Assembly (NCBI GenBank): GCA_038255675.1
Contig: JBBSLB010000001.1
Coordinates: 1 to 46,932 of the forward strand
DNA length: 46,932 nt
Direction: 5' to 3'
Source of the DNA: Mycobacteriales bacterium
GTDB lineage: Bacteria > Actinomycetota > Actinomycetes > Mycobacteriales > SCTD01
The translations under genes and the position numbers were made by a program. Numbering within the stretch: position 1 is the stretch's first letter; the number at the start of each line of letters is the position of its first letter. The notes below the pieces were generated by a model that had not been told where the DNA came from, did not search any database, and saw only the letters and a list, made by a program, of their open reading frames with translations. Positions 1 to 13,224 of the stretch are shown here, one piece after another.

Positions 1-41
1 GCCCGCCGATGTCCAGCTGTCGGGCGCTCCCCAGCCCCCCT

Positions 42-123
42 CCCTGGGTCTCGTACTGATCCTCGCGTCGGTTCTGGAGCCCAAACCGGGCTCGTCCCGA
101 CACGACGATCAGTACGACACGGG
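42..123. repeat. 82-bp hairpin-forming repeat, copy 1 (identical to 177..258)
   Basis: The 82-nt string CCCTGGGTCTCGTACTGATCC...GACGATCAGTACGACACGGG occurs twice, 135 bp apart. The arms TCGTACTGATCCTCGCGTCG and CGACACGACGATCAGTACGA are near-perfect reverse complements (18/20). An inner hairpin GAGCCC-AAACC-GGGCTC lies in the loop. Confidence 0.85.
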
Positions 124-176
124 GGCCAAGCCAAGACGCAGCCCGACGGCGAGGACCGGACGCGCGGGACCGCCCA

Positions 177-258
177 CCCTGGGTCTCGTACTGATCCTCG
201 CGTCGGTTCTGGAGCCCAAACCGGGCTCGTCCCGACACGACGATCAGTACGACACGGG
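177..258. repeat. 82-bp hairpin-forming repeat, copy 2
   Basis: Base-for-base identical to 42..123. The flanks diverge immediately on both sides. Confidence 0.85.
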
Positions 259-314
259 TGCGCAGGCTGGCCACCCCCCACATCGCGCCGGCGCTAGACT
301 CGCCGGCGTCGTAG

Positions 315-3626
<3,312 letters not shown>

Positions 3627-3665
3627 CGGGGCGGCGCGTTACAGCCGGGCCAGGAGTTCACCCGG

Positions 3666-4268
3666 ATGGCCCCGTCAGGAAGGGCTGGTCACCGGCCGAT
3701 GGACTTCGTGACACCGTCCCGCTGCTCCGACCGGAGCAGCCGCCAGGACCCGGAGGCCACGGTGACCGTCCACACCGTCGAGCTCGACAGCAAGCCGGCC
3801 CACCGCTCGTTCCGCCTGACCCGACCGGGGGCGTCCGCGCAGCCCGCCGTCGCCACCCAGGTCCGGCCCGCCATCGTCCTGCCGGACCGGGAGGCGCGAG
3901 CCCTGCTCGCTGCCGCCGAGCGCCAGGACGTCGGCCGTGGGGGCTGCTTCTCCGCCGGCCCCGCGGGGGTCCAGGTCTGGAGCGGTCCGTGGAACGGTCT
4001 GCTCGGCCGGCACGGCGACTCCCAGCACCTCGGCTCGGTCGACTGGTCCTACGACACCCCGAGCAAGCACTACATCACCGTCTACCGGGTCATGGTGACC
4101 ACCCAGGGCCACGTCGCCGGCGAGAGCCCGCAGTCGCTGCTCGACCGGGTCCTTGGCCTGAGCGGTGTCCAGGCGCCGTCCGACGCGCTACGGATGCCCG
4201 TGCCGCCGCCGCGCGACCCGTTCCGCGCCGACGCGTTGCGCGCCCGGACGACCGTCCTGCCCGACTAG
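3666..4268 (+). CDS. hypothetical protein (200 aa), no family recognised
   Basis: ATG preceded by CAGGAG (3651..3656). GC is strongly enriched at third codon positions through the ORF. The ORF is followed by a perfect terminator hairpin. Confidence 0.6.
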   Translation: MAPSGRAGHRPMDFVTPSRCSDRSSRQDPEATVTVHTVELDSKPAHRSFRLTRPGASAQPAVATQVRPAIVLPDREARALLAAAERQDVGRGGCFSAGPAGVQVWSGPWNGLLGRHGDSQHLGSVDWSYDTPSKHYITVYRVMVTTQGHVAGESPQSLLDRVLGLSGVQAPSDALRMPVPPPRDPFRADALRARTTVLPD

Positions 4269-4283
4269 CGCCCCCAGCCCCCT

Positions 4284-4328
4284 CACGACGGAGCCCGTAC
4301 GAGCACCTCTCGTACGGGCTCCGTCGTG
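4284..4328. terminator. bidirectional intrinsic-terminator-like hairpin between convergent genes
   Basis: CACGACGGAGCCCGTACGAG (4284..4303) and CTCGTACGGGCTCCGTCGTG (4309..4328) are perfect 20-nt reverse complements with a 5-nt loop. The hairpin sits between the stops at 4268 (+) and 4351 (-). There is no clear U-tract, as is common in high-GC actinobacteria. Confidence 0.7.
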
Positions 4329-4350
4329 CTCCAGGTCAGGGCAGCGAAGG

Positions 4351-5106
4351 TCAGGGCTTGCAGACCCCGCAGGGGACGTAGCCCTGGCGGGTCGCGGCGC
4401 TCTTGCTCAGGACCTGCGCGCTGACGACGTCGCGGACGTAGCGACAGGAGTCCAGGTGGTACCTGCCGCGATCGGGGATGACGACGACCGAGCCGCCGCG
4501 CAGGGAGGCGCTGCGGACCGGGGCCGCGGCCTTGGCCGGGCGTGTGCGGGCGACGGACCGCGTCGAGGTGCGCCGGGCCGGCTCGCGCTCCTCGGTGCCC
4601 GGCTCGAGCGCGGCGAGCGCGACGTCGGGCTTGCAGACCCCGCACGGGGTGAAGCCCTCGACGCGGGCCTGGCCGACCGCGACCGCCTCGGGCGTCTTAC
4701 CGGACAGGTAGCGGCAGCCGACGACGTGGTAGCGCGGGCGCCCCTCGACAACGAGCACGTCGCCGCCGGGTGGCGGCTCGCTGTCGAACGGGTCCGCCGC
4801 GGGAGCCACATCGGCCGCCAGCGGCTCGACGTCGTCGGCCACGACCGGGGCGGCGCGACGTACCGACGACGGCCGGACGGTGAGGCCCTCCGCGGGGTCG
4901 TCCTCGATGCCGGGCTCGGGGGTGTCGACGCCCTCGGCGTCGGTCAACGGATCGCCCCGTCGCTGGAGGATGCCGACCACGAGGAACACCAGCGAGACCA
5001 GGCTCACCGCGATCGAGGCGTAGACGAACGCGAGGTCCGGTCCCACGACGCCCACGACGAGCAGGACGAGGGCGACGAGGACGAGTGCCCCGCTGATGAC
5101 GATCAC
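4351..5106 (-). CDS. membrane-anchored protein with two Ada-N-like (H/C-x3-C ... PCxxC) zinc-module repeats
   Basis: N-terminal TM segments MIVISGALVLVALVLLVVGVVG and FVYASIAVSLVSLVFLVVGIL. Two repeats: GRPRYHVVGCRYL...GFTPCGVCKP and DRGRYHLDSCRYV...GYVPCGVCKP. High GC3. Confidence 0.75.
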   Translation of the reverse strand: MIVISGALVLVALVLLVVGVVGPDLAFVYASIAVSLVSLVFLVVGILQRRGDPLTDAEGVDTPEPGIEDDPAEGLTVRPSSVRRAAPVVADDVEPLAADVAPAADPFDSEPPPGGDVLVVEGRPRYHVVGCRYLSGKTPEAVAVGQARVEGFTPCGVCKPDVALAALEPGTEEREPARRTSTRSVARTRPAKAAAPVRSASLRGGSVVVIPDRGRYHLDSCRYVRDVVSAQVLSKSAATRQGYVPCGVCKP

Positions 5107-5221
5107 TGCTGAGGTCCTTCGTCGTGGGACAGGGCGTGCGGCGCGTGCAGCCTAGCGGCGGGGTTCCGGGTCCGGCGGAGCCCCGCGGCGGCGGTCGGCG
5201 GCGGGGGTAGGCGGCGCTGAC

Positions 5222-6166
5222 CTAGCGGTCGGCGGGGGCCTCGTCGACGCCCGCGTCAGGCGACGACACGACGGTGAACGGGCCCACCGGCGAGCCGGGC
5301 GCGGCCAGCGGCGGCACCGCGCGCAGCGCGGCGGCGTCAGCCTCGCGGGGCGGACCGTCGGGGGCGTCGGCGGGGCTGTCCACCGCGCCCTCGGCGGGCT
5401 CGTCGTCGGTGGACGCGCTGGGCTTGGGCATTGGGACGGGGGCGGGGGCGGGGACGGGGGCGGCGGCGGGCGCTGCCGGCGGACGGCCGGTCGAGCCGCC
5501 GCCCACGGCAGCGGCGCGGGCGTCGGCGGGGACGCCGGAGCCGGCCTCGTCGCTGGGGCGCGACCCGGAGCCCAGCTCGCGCAGCTGGGTCTCGAGGTAG
5601 GCCTTGAGCCGGGTGCGGTACTCCCGCTCGAAGGCGCGCAGCTCCTCGATCCGGCTCTCGAGCTGGCGGCGCTGCTGGTCGAGGTCACCCGTGGCGGCCT
5701 GGATCTTGGCCGCCACGTCCTCGTCGAGTCGGGCGGCGCGCTCGCGCGAGGTGCTCAGCGTGCGGTCGGCCTCGGCGCGGGCGCCGCCCAGGCTGCGGTC
5801 GGCCTCGGCCTTGGCCTCGCTCACCACCTGCTCCGCCTCGGCGCGGGCGCTGCTGACCAGCTCCTCGGCCTCGGCGCGGGCCTCGGCGATCGCCTCGTCG
5901 GCGGTGCGCTGGGCCAGCAGCAAGGTCCTCAGGGCTGCCTCCTGGCCCTGCATGCCCGACAGCGGGGCCGGCGCCGCGGCGGGGGCGGCCGCGACGGCAG
6001 CTGCGTCGGGCGCGCTGCTGCTGCCCTTGAGCTCGCCGTTGCTGCGCAGCAGCCGGGTGAGCTCGTTCTCGACCTCGTCGAGGAAGGCGTCGACCTCGTC
6101 CAGCGAGTAGCCGCGAAAAGAGATGCGGAACTGCTTGTTGGCGACGTCGGTGGGGGTCAGCGGCAC
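5222..6166 (-). CDS. divIVA: DivIVA/Wag31 polar growth and division scaffold
   Basis: ORF 5222..6280 trimmed to the GTG at 6166, giving the canonical N-terminus VPLTPTDVANKQFRISFRGYSLDEVDAFLDEVENEL. GGAGA lies upstream. A coiled-coil-rich body (AEAEELVSSARAEAEQVVSEAKAEADR) follows. Confidence 0.92.
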   Translation of the reverse strand: MPLTPTDVANKQFRISFRGYSLDEVDAFLDEVENELTRLLRSNGELKGSSSAPDAAAVAAAPAAAPAPLSGMQGQEAALRTLLLAQRTADEAIAEARAEAEELVSSARAEAEQVVSEAKAEADRSLGGARAEADRTLSTSRERAARLDEDVAAKIQAATGDLDQQRRQLESRIEELRAFEREYRTRLKAYLETQLRELGSGSRPSDEAGSGVPADARAAAVGGGSTGRPPAAPAAAPVPAPAPVPMPKPSASTDDEPAEGAVDSPADAPDGPPREADAAALRAVPPLAAPGSPVGPFTVVSSPDAGVDEAPADR

Positions 6167-6184
6167 GGCGCAGCTCTTTCTCCG

Positions 6185-6244
6185 GGGGCGGGGTCGTGAG
6201 GGGCGGGGTCGTGAGGGGCGGGGTCGTGAGGGGCGGGGACGGGA
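6185..6244. repeat. 15-bp tandem repeat (GGGGCGGGGTCGTGA x3 plus a degenerate fourth unit) in the yggT-divIVA spacer
   Basis: Units at 6185..6199, 6200..6214 and 6215..6229 are identical. 6230..6244 (GGGGCGGGGACGGGA) is a partial match. Confidence 0.9.
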
Positions 6245-6257
6245 GGGGGTGCGGCGG

Positions 6258-6548
6258 TCATCCGGCGGCCCCGCTGGCAACGCCCATGAGGATGCGCACC
6301 ACGATGAACAGCACGATGAACCCGAGGTCCAGGCTCACCTGCCCGATGCGCAGCGGGGGCAGCACCTTGCGCAGCGCCTTGAGCGGCGGGTCGGTGACCG
6401 AGTAGGCCAGCTCCAGCACGACCGCGACCAGCCCGCTGGGCCGGTAGGAGCGCGCCAGCAGGAAGACGTACTCCATGACCAGCCGGAAGATCAGGAACAG
6501 CAGGAAGATCAGCAGCGCGAAGTAGACAGCGGACGCGACGGCCTGCAC
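6258..6548 (-). CDS. YggT family membrane protein
   Basis: 96 aa, two hydrophobic spans and the YggT-like core LELAYSVTDPPLKALRKVLPPLRIGQVSLDLGFIVLFIVV. Conserved position between sepF and divIVA. Confidence 0.88.
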   Translation of the reverse strand: MQAVASAVYFALLIFLLFLIFRLVMEYVFLLARSYRPSGLVAVVLELAYSVTDPPLKALRKVLPPLRIGQVSLDLGFIVLFIVVRILMGVASGAAG

Positions 6549-6634
6549 GGCGGGACTTCTCCTGGGGATCGGGCGGCGGGAGGACCTCGTCAGAGGCTAG
6601 TGGCCGCGCGGTCCGGCGGCGGCGACAGGACCGC

Positions 6635-7198
6635 CTACGACTGGTTGAAGAAGCCGCTCTCCGCGATCTTCGCCTTGTCCTCAGCCGTGACCTCGACGTG
6701 CTCGGGGGAGAGCAGGAAGACCTTGTTGGTCACCCGCTCGATGCTGCCGCGCAGGCCGAAGATGAGACCGGCCGCGAAGTCCACCAGTCGCTTGGCGTCG
6801 ACGTCGTCCATCTCGGTGAGATTCATGATCACCGGGGTGCCGCTGCGGAAGTGCTCGCCGATCTGGCGCGCCTCGTTGTAGGTGCGCGGGTGCAGGGTGG
6901 TGATCCGGTAGGTCTCCTCGAACGCCGGGGCCGGCGCCGGGCGCAGCTGGGTGTCCAGCGCGACCGAGCCGCGGGTGCGGACCGAGCCGGAGGTGTCGGG
7001 GCGGCGCAGCGCGGTGGTGGGGCCAGCCGGGGCGTGCGCGTCGCCAGACCAGCGGCGGCTGGTGGCGGGAGCGGGCTCGTGCACCTCGTCCTCGTCGTAG
7101 GCGTCGTCGGCGTAGCGCCGGTCGCGCGCGTCCAGGCCGTCCTCGTCGTCCTCGACCAGGCCGAGGTACAGGCCCAACTTGCGCATGGTGCCTGACAT
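6635..7198 (-). CDS. sepF: cell division protein SepF
   Basis: N-terminal [18 protein letters not shown] membrane-targeting helix. C-terminal SepF core [68 protein letters not shown]. Confidence 0.95.
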   Translation of the reverse strand: MSGTMRKLGLYLGLVEDDEDGLDARDRRYADDAYDEDEVHEPAPATSRRWSGDAHAPAGPTTALRRPDTSGSVRTRGSVALDTQLRPAPAPAFEETYRITTLHPRTYNEARQIGEHFRSGTPVIMNLTEMDDVDAKRLVDFAAGLIFGLRGSIERVTNKVFLLSPEHVEVTAEDKAKIAESGFFNQS

Positions 7199-7248
7199 CG
7201 CGGGCTCCCTCTGATCGTCGTGCTGGACAGGCGGACTGGGTTCGGAGA

Positions 7249-7971
7249 CTAGCGGGCGAGCGGCGGTCTGTGGCCGAGCAACGCCGCGCCGACACGGACG
7301 TGTGTCGCGCCCGCGGCGATCGCCTGCTCGAGGTCGCCGGACATCCCGGCGCTCATCGCGACCGCCTGCGGGTGGTCGGCGCGCAGGTCGGCCGCGATCC
7401 GCGCGAGCGCGGCGAAGGCAGCAGCCGGGTCGGCATCGAGGGGGGCGACGGCCATCACGCCCGCCAGGCGCAGGCCGGGCGCGGCCGCTGCCTGCTCGGC
7501 CAGCGCCGGCACATCAACAACCAGGGCCCCGCCGCGGGCCGGGTCGCCGTCCAGGCTCACCTGCAGCAGCACGTCCAGGTCGCGCTCGGCCCGCAGCGCG
7601 CCGGCGGACAGCGCCGTGACGAGCGCGGCGCGGTCGAGCGAGTGCACGGCGCTGGCGTAGCGGGCGACGCTGCGTGCCTTGTTGGTCTGCAGCCCGCCCA
7701 CGACGTGCCACCGCACGCCCGGCACCTGCGCGGCCTTGGCCTTGGCCTCCTGGTCGCGGTTCTCCCCCACGTCGAGGACGCCGAGCTCGCGCAGCGCCAC
7801 GACGTCGGAGGCCGGGCGGGTCTTGGTGACGGCGATCAGGACCACCTCGTCGCGGCGCCGACCGGCGACCGCGCAGGCCGCGTCGAGCCGTTGCTCGACA
7901 GCAGCCAGCGCCGCCGTGAGCTCCTCGACCCGCTCGGCGGTCGGTACGGGGGCCACGGGGGGCTCAGTCAC
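7249..7971 (-). CDS. yggS: YggS family pyridoxal-phosphate homeostasis protein
   Basis: [11 protein letters not shown] (PLP lysine context), [12 protein letters not shown] and [11 protein letters not shown] motifs. Conserved dcw-cluster position. Confidence 0.9.
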   Translation of the reverse strand: MTEPPVAPVPTAERVEELTAALAAVEQRLDAACAVAGRRRDEVVLIAVTKTRPASDVVALRELGVLDVGENRDQEAKAKAAQVPGVRWHVVGGLQTNKARSVARYASAVHSLDRAALVTALSAGALRAERDLDVLLQVSLDGDPARGGALVVDVPALAEQAAAAPGLRLAGVMAVAPLDADPAAAFAALARIAADLRADHPQAVAMSAGMSGDLEQAIAAGATHVRVGAALLGHRPPLAR

Positions 7972-8713
7972 GGGCGAGCCAGGCGATCCCGGCGTGCCGA
8001 CCGGTGCGGCCGTCCCGCCGGTAGGAGTAGAACCGCTCGGGCTGCTCGAGGGTGCAGCCGCCGACCGTCCGCACGTCGGACAGGCCGGCGGCTGTGAGGA
8101 CGGCGACGGCGCCCGCGGCCAGGTCGACCGAGGCGGTCCCGTTGCGGGTGGCGGACCGACTGCCCGGCACCGCGCGCTCGACCTCGTCGGCCATCACGGG
8201 CGGGACCTCGTAGCAGCGGCCGCAGACGGCCGGGCCGACGACCGCGGTGGTCGCGGCGGCGGTCGCACCGAGCTCGGCCATGGCGGTGACGGTGGCCTGC
8301 AGGACGCCGGCGACCAGGCCCTGCCGGCCGGCGTGGGCGACGGCGACGACGCCGGCCGCCGGGTCGGCGAGCAGCACCGGCAGGCAGTCGGCGGCCAACA
8401 CCACGAGGCCGAGTCCGGGGGTGGTGGTCACCAGCGCGTCGACGCCGGCCACGCCGCCGTTGCGCCCGCGGGCGGACGCACGGTCCACGACAGCCACGCC
8501 GGCGCCGTGCACCTGCTGGGCGAAGACCAGCTGACCCCGGTCCAGCCCGGCCGCGTCGGACATCAGCTCGCGGTTGGCGTGCACCCGTCGCCACTCGTCC
8601 TCGACGTGCATGCCGAGGTTCAAGGTGTCGTACGGCGGTGCGCTGGTGCCGCCGGCGCGGTGCGAGAACGCGCCGGCGGCCGGCCCCGGGAGGCCGGCCG
8701 GCAGCAGCTGCAC
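7964..8713 (-). CDS. pgeF: peptidoglycan editing factor PgeF (YfiH / laccase-domain, DUF152 family)
   Basis: FSHRAGGTSAPPYDTLNLG, ADCLPVLL and CGRCYEV motifs. A GTG start directly abuts the ftsZ stop. Confidence 0.9.
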   Translation of the reverse strand: MQLLPAGLPGPAAGAFSHRAGGTSAPPYDTLNLGMHVEDEWRRVHANRELMSDAAGLDRGQLVFAQQVHGAGVAVVDRASARGRNGGVAGVDALVTTTPGLGLVVLAADCLPVLLADPAAGVVAVAHAGRQGLVAGVLQATVTAMAELGATAAATTAVVGPAVCGRCYEVPPVMADEVERAVPGSRSATRNGTASVDLAAGAVAVLTAAGLSDVRTVGGCTLEQPERFYSYRRDGRTGRHAGIAWLARD

Positions 8714-9853
8714 CTACTTCAGGAAGTCGGGGACGTCGAGGTCGTCCTCGAAGACGACCGTGCGCCGCGGCGGGGTGCTCGGCTGCGGGGCTGCCGGGCG
8801 GGCGGCCGGCGGCGGGGTCCGGGTGTAGCTCGGCTGCGGCGCGGGGGCGGCAGCGGGCTCGGGGTCGGGCTGCCGGCGGGTCTCGACCCGGCGGACCGGG
8901 GTGGGCGCGCCGGCGTCGAAGCCGGCAGCGATGACCGTCACGCGCACCTCGTCGCCGAGCGCGTCGTCGATCACGGCGCCGAAGATGATGTTGGCCTCGG
9001 GGTGCGCGGCGTCGGCAACGAGCTGCGCGGCCTCGTTGATCTCGAACAGCCCGAGGTCGCTGCCGCCGGAGATGTTGAGCAGCACCCCGTGGGCGCCGTC
9101 CATGCTCGCCTCGAGAAGTGGGCTGGCGATGGCCATTTCGGCAGCGACGGCCGCGCGGTCGTCGCCGCGGGCGTTGCCGATCCCCATGAGGGCGCTGCCG
9201 GCGCCGCTCATGACGGCCTTGACGTCGGCGAAGTCGAGGTTGATCAGACCCGGGGTCGTGATGAGGTCGGTGATGCCCTGGACACCGGAGAGCAGGACCT
9301 GGTCGGCGCTCTTGAAGGCGTCCATCACGCTGACCGTGCGGTCGCTGATCGACAGCAGCCGGTCGTTCGGGATGATGATGAGGGTGTCGACCTCGGCGCG
9401 CAGGGCCTCGATGCCCTCCTCCGCCTGCTGGGCGCGACGGCGACCCTCGAAGGAGAACGGGCGGGTGACGACGCCGATGGTCAGGGCGCCGAGTGCCCGG
9501 GCGACGCTGGCCACGACGGGCGCGCCGCCGGTGCCGGTGCCGCCGCCCTCGCCGGCCGTCACGAAGACCATGTCGGCGCCCTTGAGCACCTCATCGATCT
9601 CCTCGCGGTGGTCCTCGGCGGCCTGGCGACCAACCTCGGGGGCCGCGCCGGCGCCGAGACCGCGGGTGAGCTCGCGGCCGATGTCGAGCTTGACGTCGGC
9701 GTCGCTCATCAGCAGCGCCTGGGCATCGGTGTTGATCGCGATGAACTCAACGCCCTTGAGGCCCACCTCGATCATGCGGTTGACGGCGTTGACGCCGCCT
9801 CCCCCGATGCCGACCACCTTGATGACGGCCAGGTAGTTCTGCGGAGCTGCCAC
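8714..9853 (-). CDS. ftsZ: cell division GTPase FtsZ
   Basis: ORF 8714..9943 trimmed to the GTG at 9853, giving [27 protein letters not shown]. Tubulin signature [11 protein letters not shown]-terminal [10 protein letters not shown] peptide. Confidence 0.96.
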   Translation of the reverse strand: MAAPQNYLAVIKVVGIGGGGVNAVNRMIEVGLKGVEFIAINTDAQALLMSDADVKLDIGRELTRGLGAGAAPEVGRQAAEDHREEIDEVLKGADMVFVTAGEGGGTGTGGAPVVASVARALGALTIGVVTRPFSFEGRRRAQQAEEGIEALRAEVDTLIIIPNDRLLSISDRTVSVMDAFKSADQVLLSGVQGITDLITTPGLINLDFADVKAVMSGAGSALMGIGNARGDDRAAVAAEMAIASPLLEASMDGAHGVLLNISGGSDLGLFEINEAAQLVADAAHPEANIIFGAVIDDALGDEVRVTVIAAGFDAGAPTPVRRVETRRQPDPEPAAAPAPQPSYTRTPPPAARPAAPQPSTPPRRTVVFEDDLDVPDFLK

Positions 9854-10055
9854 GGTGGAGGTGCCTCTCGAGAGCGGACGGAGTGGGTGCAGGGGCTGGC
9901 CTCGGCTGGAGGTCGAGGGCCCTTGCGGAACCCTCGACCTCAACGAGACTCTTACGGTTATGTCAACCTGGGCTGACGTGGCGGGACGCTAGGGGAGCGG
10001 TCGCGGCGGGTCAACACCGACTTCGGCGTGTCGCGCAAACTGCTTGCGCCCGGCG

Positions 10056-11018
10056 TCAGCGACGAGCGCGCTTGGCGGCGTACATCCGTGCATCCGCGGC
10101 GGAAAGCAGGCCCTGCGGGTCCCTCTCACCGGCGCGGGAGAGCGCGACGCCAACACTCACTCCCACGTCGAGGTCGATCGTCCCGACCCGCACCGGCACC
10201 GTCAGCGCGGCCACCAGCCGCTCGACCAGGGCGTCCAGCGCGGTCTCGCTGGCGCCCTCCACGAGCACCACGAACTCATCGCCGCCGAGCCGGGACACGG
10301 TGTCCGAGGGCCGGACGGCGGTGACGAGCCGCTCGGCGACGGTCCGCAGGACGGCGTCGCCGACGGCGTGGCCGTGCTGGTCGTTGACGTCCTTGAAGCC
10401 GTCGAGGTCGAGGAACAGGGCGGCCGTGCTCTCCCCCGAGCGTCCGTCGCGCGCCAGCGCGGTCCGCAGCCGCTCCTCGAGCAGCGCGCGGTTCGCCAGG
10501 CCCGTCAGCGGGTCACGGACGGCCCGCTCGGTCAGCACGGCGGTGAGGTCGCGCAGCTCCTGCTCGATCCGGCGCCGCTCGGTGATGTCCTGCGCGCTGA
10601 CGGCGTACCAGGCCAGCCCACCATCGGGGCCGAGGACCGACGCCACGCCGTGCAGCAGCCAGCGGGCGGTGCCGTCGTCCAGGACGTACTGCTGCTCGGC
10701 CTGCGCCGAGGTCGCCGCTCCGGCCAGCAGGCGCTGCACGCCCGAGGTCGTGGCAGCATCGCCGAGCACGTCACCCAGCCGGACCCCGATGAGGTCCTCA
10801 GCCTCGCGGTTGAGCAGGCCGGCGTAGATGCTGTTCACCCGGACGTAGCAGCCGGTGAGGTCGGCCAGCGCCAGCCCTATGCGGGCGGACTCGAAGAAGG
10901 TCTCGAAGACGTCCCGGTCGACGGCCAACGCGTCCATGGTCGCCCGCGCTCGGCGCGCGCGCTCACCGCTGGCCTCCGGTCCGGGGACCGGCGAAGCAGG
11001 AGCGGGCGGCGGATCCAC
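10056..11018 (-). CDS. PAS-domain diguanylate cyclase (GGDEF with RxxD I-site)
   Basis: PAS-like N-terminal half (FFESARIGLALADLTGCYVRVNSIYAGLL ... WYAVSAQDITERRRIEQEL). GGDEF domain RDPLTGLANRALL ... FLDLDGFKDVNDQHGHAVGD ... RPSDTVSRLGGDEFVVL. The start is uncertain; an alternative ATG lies at 10937. Confidence 0.88.
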   Translation of the reverse strand: MDPPPAPASPVPGPEASGERARRARATMDALAVDRDVFETFFESARIGLALADLTGCYVRVNSIYAGLLNREAEDLIGVRLGDVLGDAATTSGVQRLLAGAATSAQAEQQYVLDDGTARWLLHGVASVLGPDGGLAWYAVSAQDITERRRIEQELRDLTAVLTERAVRDPLTGLANRALLEERLRTALARDGRSGESTAALFLDLDGFKDVNDQHGHAVGDAVLRTVAERLVTAVRPSDTVSRLGGDEFVVLVEGASETALDALVERLVAALTVPVRVGTIDLDVGVSVGVALSRAGERDPQGLLSAADARMYAAKRARR

Positions 11019-11071
11019 CCGACCTGTCCTGCCCCGTTCCGGCCGTCGTCACCGCCGCAGGTGGGTGACGG

Positions 11072-11835
11072 CTAGGTGACGACGACCACGCCCTCGCCGC
11101 TGACGTCGAAGACGGTGCCGGGCCGGTCGAGCAGGGCGAGGACCGCCGCGGCCTTGGTCTCGGTGCCGCCCGGCCGGCCCCACACGACCTCGCGGCCGTC
11201 GACCAGCACCAGCCGTACGCCGGACGGCGAGGGGGCCTGCACCACGGTGACCTGGCTCCGCAGCGCCTCGGGCAGAGCGCCATGCACCTCGAGGGCGGCC
11301 CGGGTAGCCGGGTCGTCCGGCCCGGGGTCGGCGACCTCGAGCCGCACCACCCCGGCGGGCGGTGCCGGCTCGCCGCCGAACAGCACGCCGGCGGCATCGA
11401 TCAGGAGGACACCGCGGACCGACGGCACCACGGCGGCGGGGGTGCGCTCGGTGACCTGGACGGTCAGCGTGCCGGGCCAGGTGCGGCGGACGGTGACCTC
11501 GGCGACCGGCGGCAGCGCGCCGATGCGTTCCTCGACGTCGTCGGTGTCGACCCGCGCAAGGGGCGTCCCCGGCGCGACGGCGGCGGCCTGCACCACCGCC
11601 TCGGTCGTGATCCGGCCGGTACCGGTCACCGCCACCCGGTCGACGGCCAGCCAGGTGGACAGCAGCGCCACCCAGGCCAGCGCCACCAGCGGCAGCAGCA
11701 CGAGCAGCGCCTGCCCGACGTGGCGCAGCCGGCGCCGGCGACGGGTGGAGCGCTCGGCCCGGGCCCGCTCCTGCAGTCGGGGGCCGGCGGGCACGACCGC
11801 CGGCCGGCGAGGTCGGGGGGGTCGGGTGGGTGCGG

Positions 11836-11839
<4 letters not shown>
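11072..11839 (-). CDS. ftsQ: cell division protein FtsQ (POTRA domain)
   Basis: Basic N-terminus, one TM (ALLVLLPLVALAWVALLSTWL), POTRA-like VDRVAVTGTGRITTEAVVQAAAV. A 4-nt overlap with the murC stop. Confidence 0.9.

Positions 11840-13220
<1,381 letters not shown>

Positions 13221-13224
<4 letters not shown>

Noticed and set aside
3675-4112. Minus-strand ORFs overlapping the 200-aa hypothetical gene (3675..4112, 3689..3874), and plus-strand ORFs 24466..24894 and 24599..24844 in the mraZ-rsmH spacer
   Set aside because: Weaker codon-position bias than the chosen frames, no start context and no motifs. They are treated as chance ORFs.
6167-6280. 38-aa N-terminal extension of DivIVA (MPAGPPDDRRTPSRPRPSRPRP...)
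   Set aside because: It would overlap the yggT 3' end. It uses TCA, CGA and AGA codons with poor GC3, it is simply the translated 15-bp repeat, and it would bury the conserved MPLTP-type N-terminus. The GTG at 6166 with GGAGA upstream is preferred.
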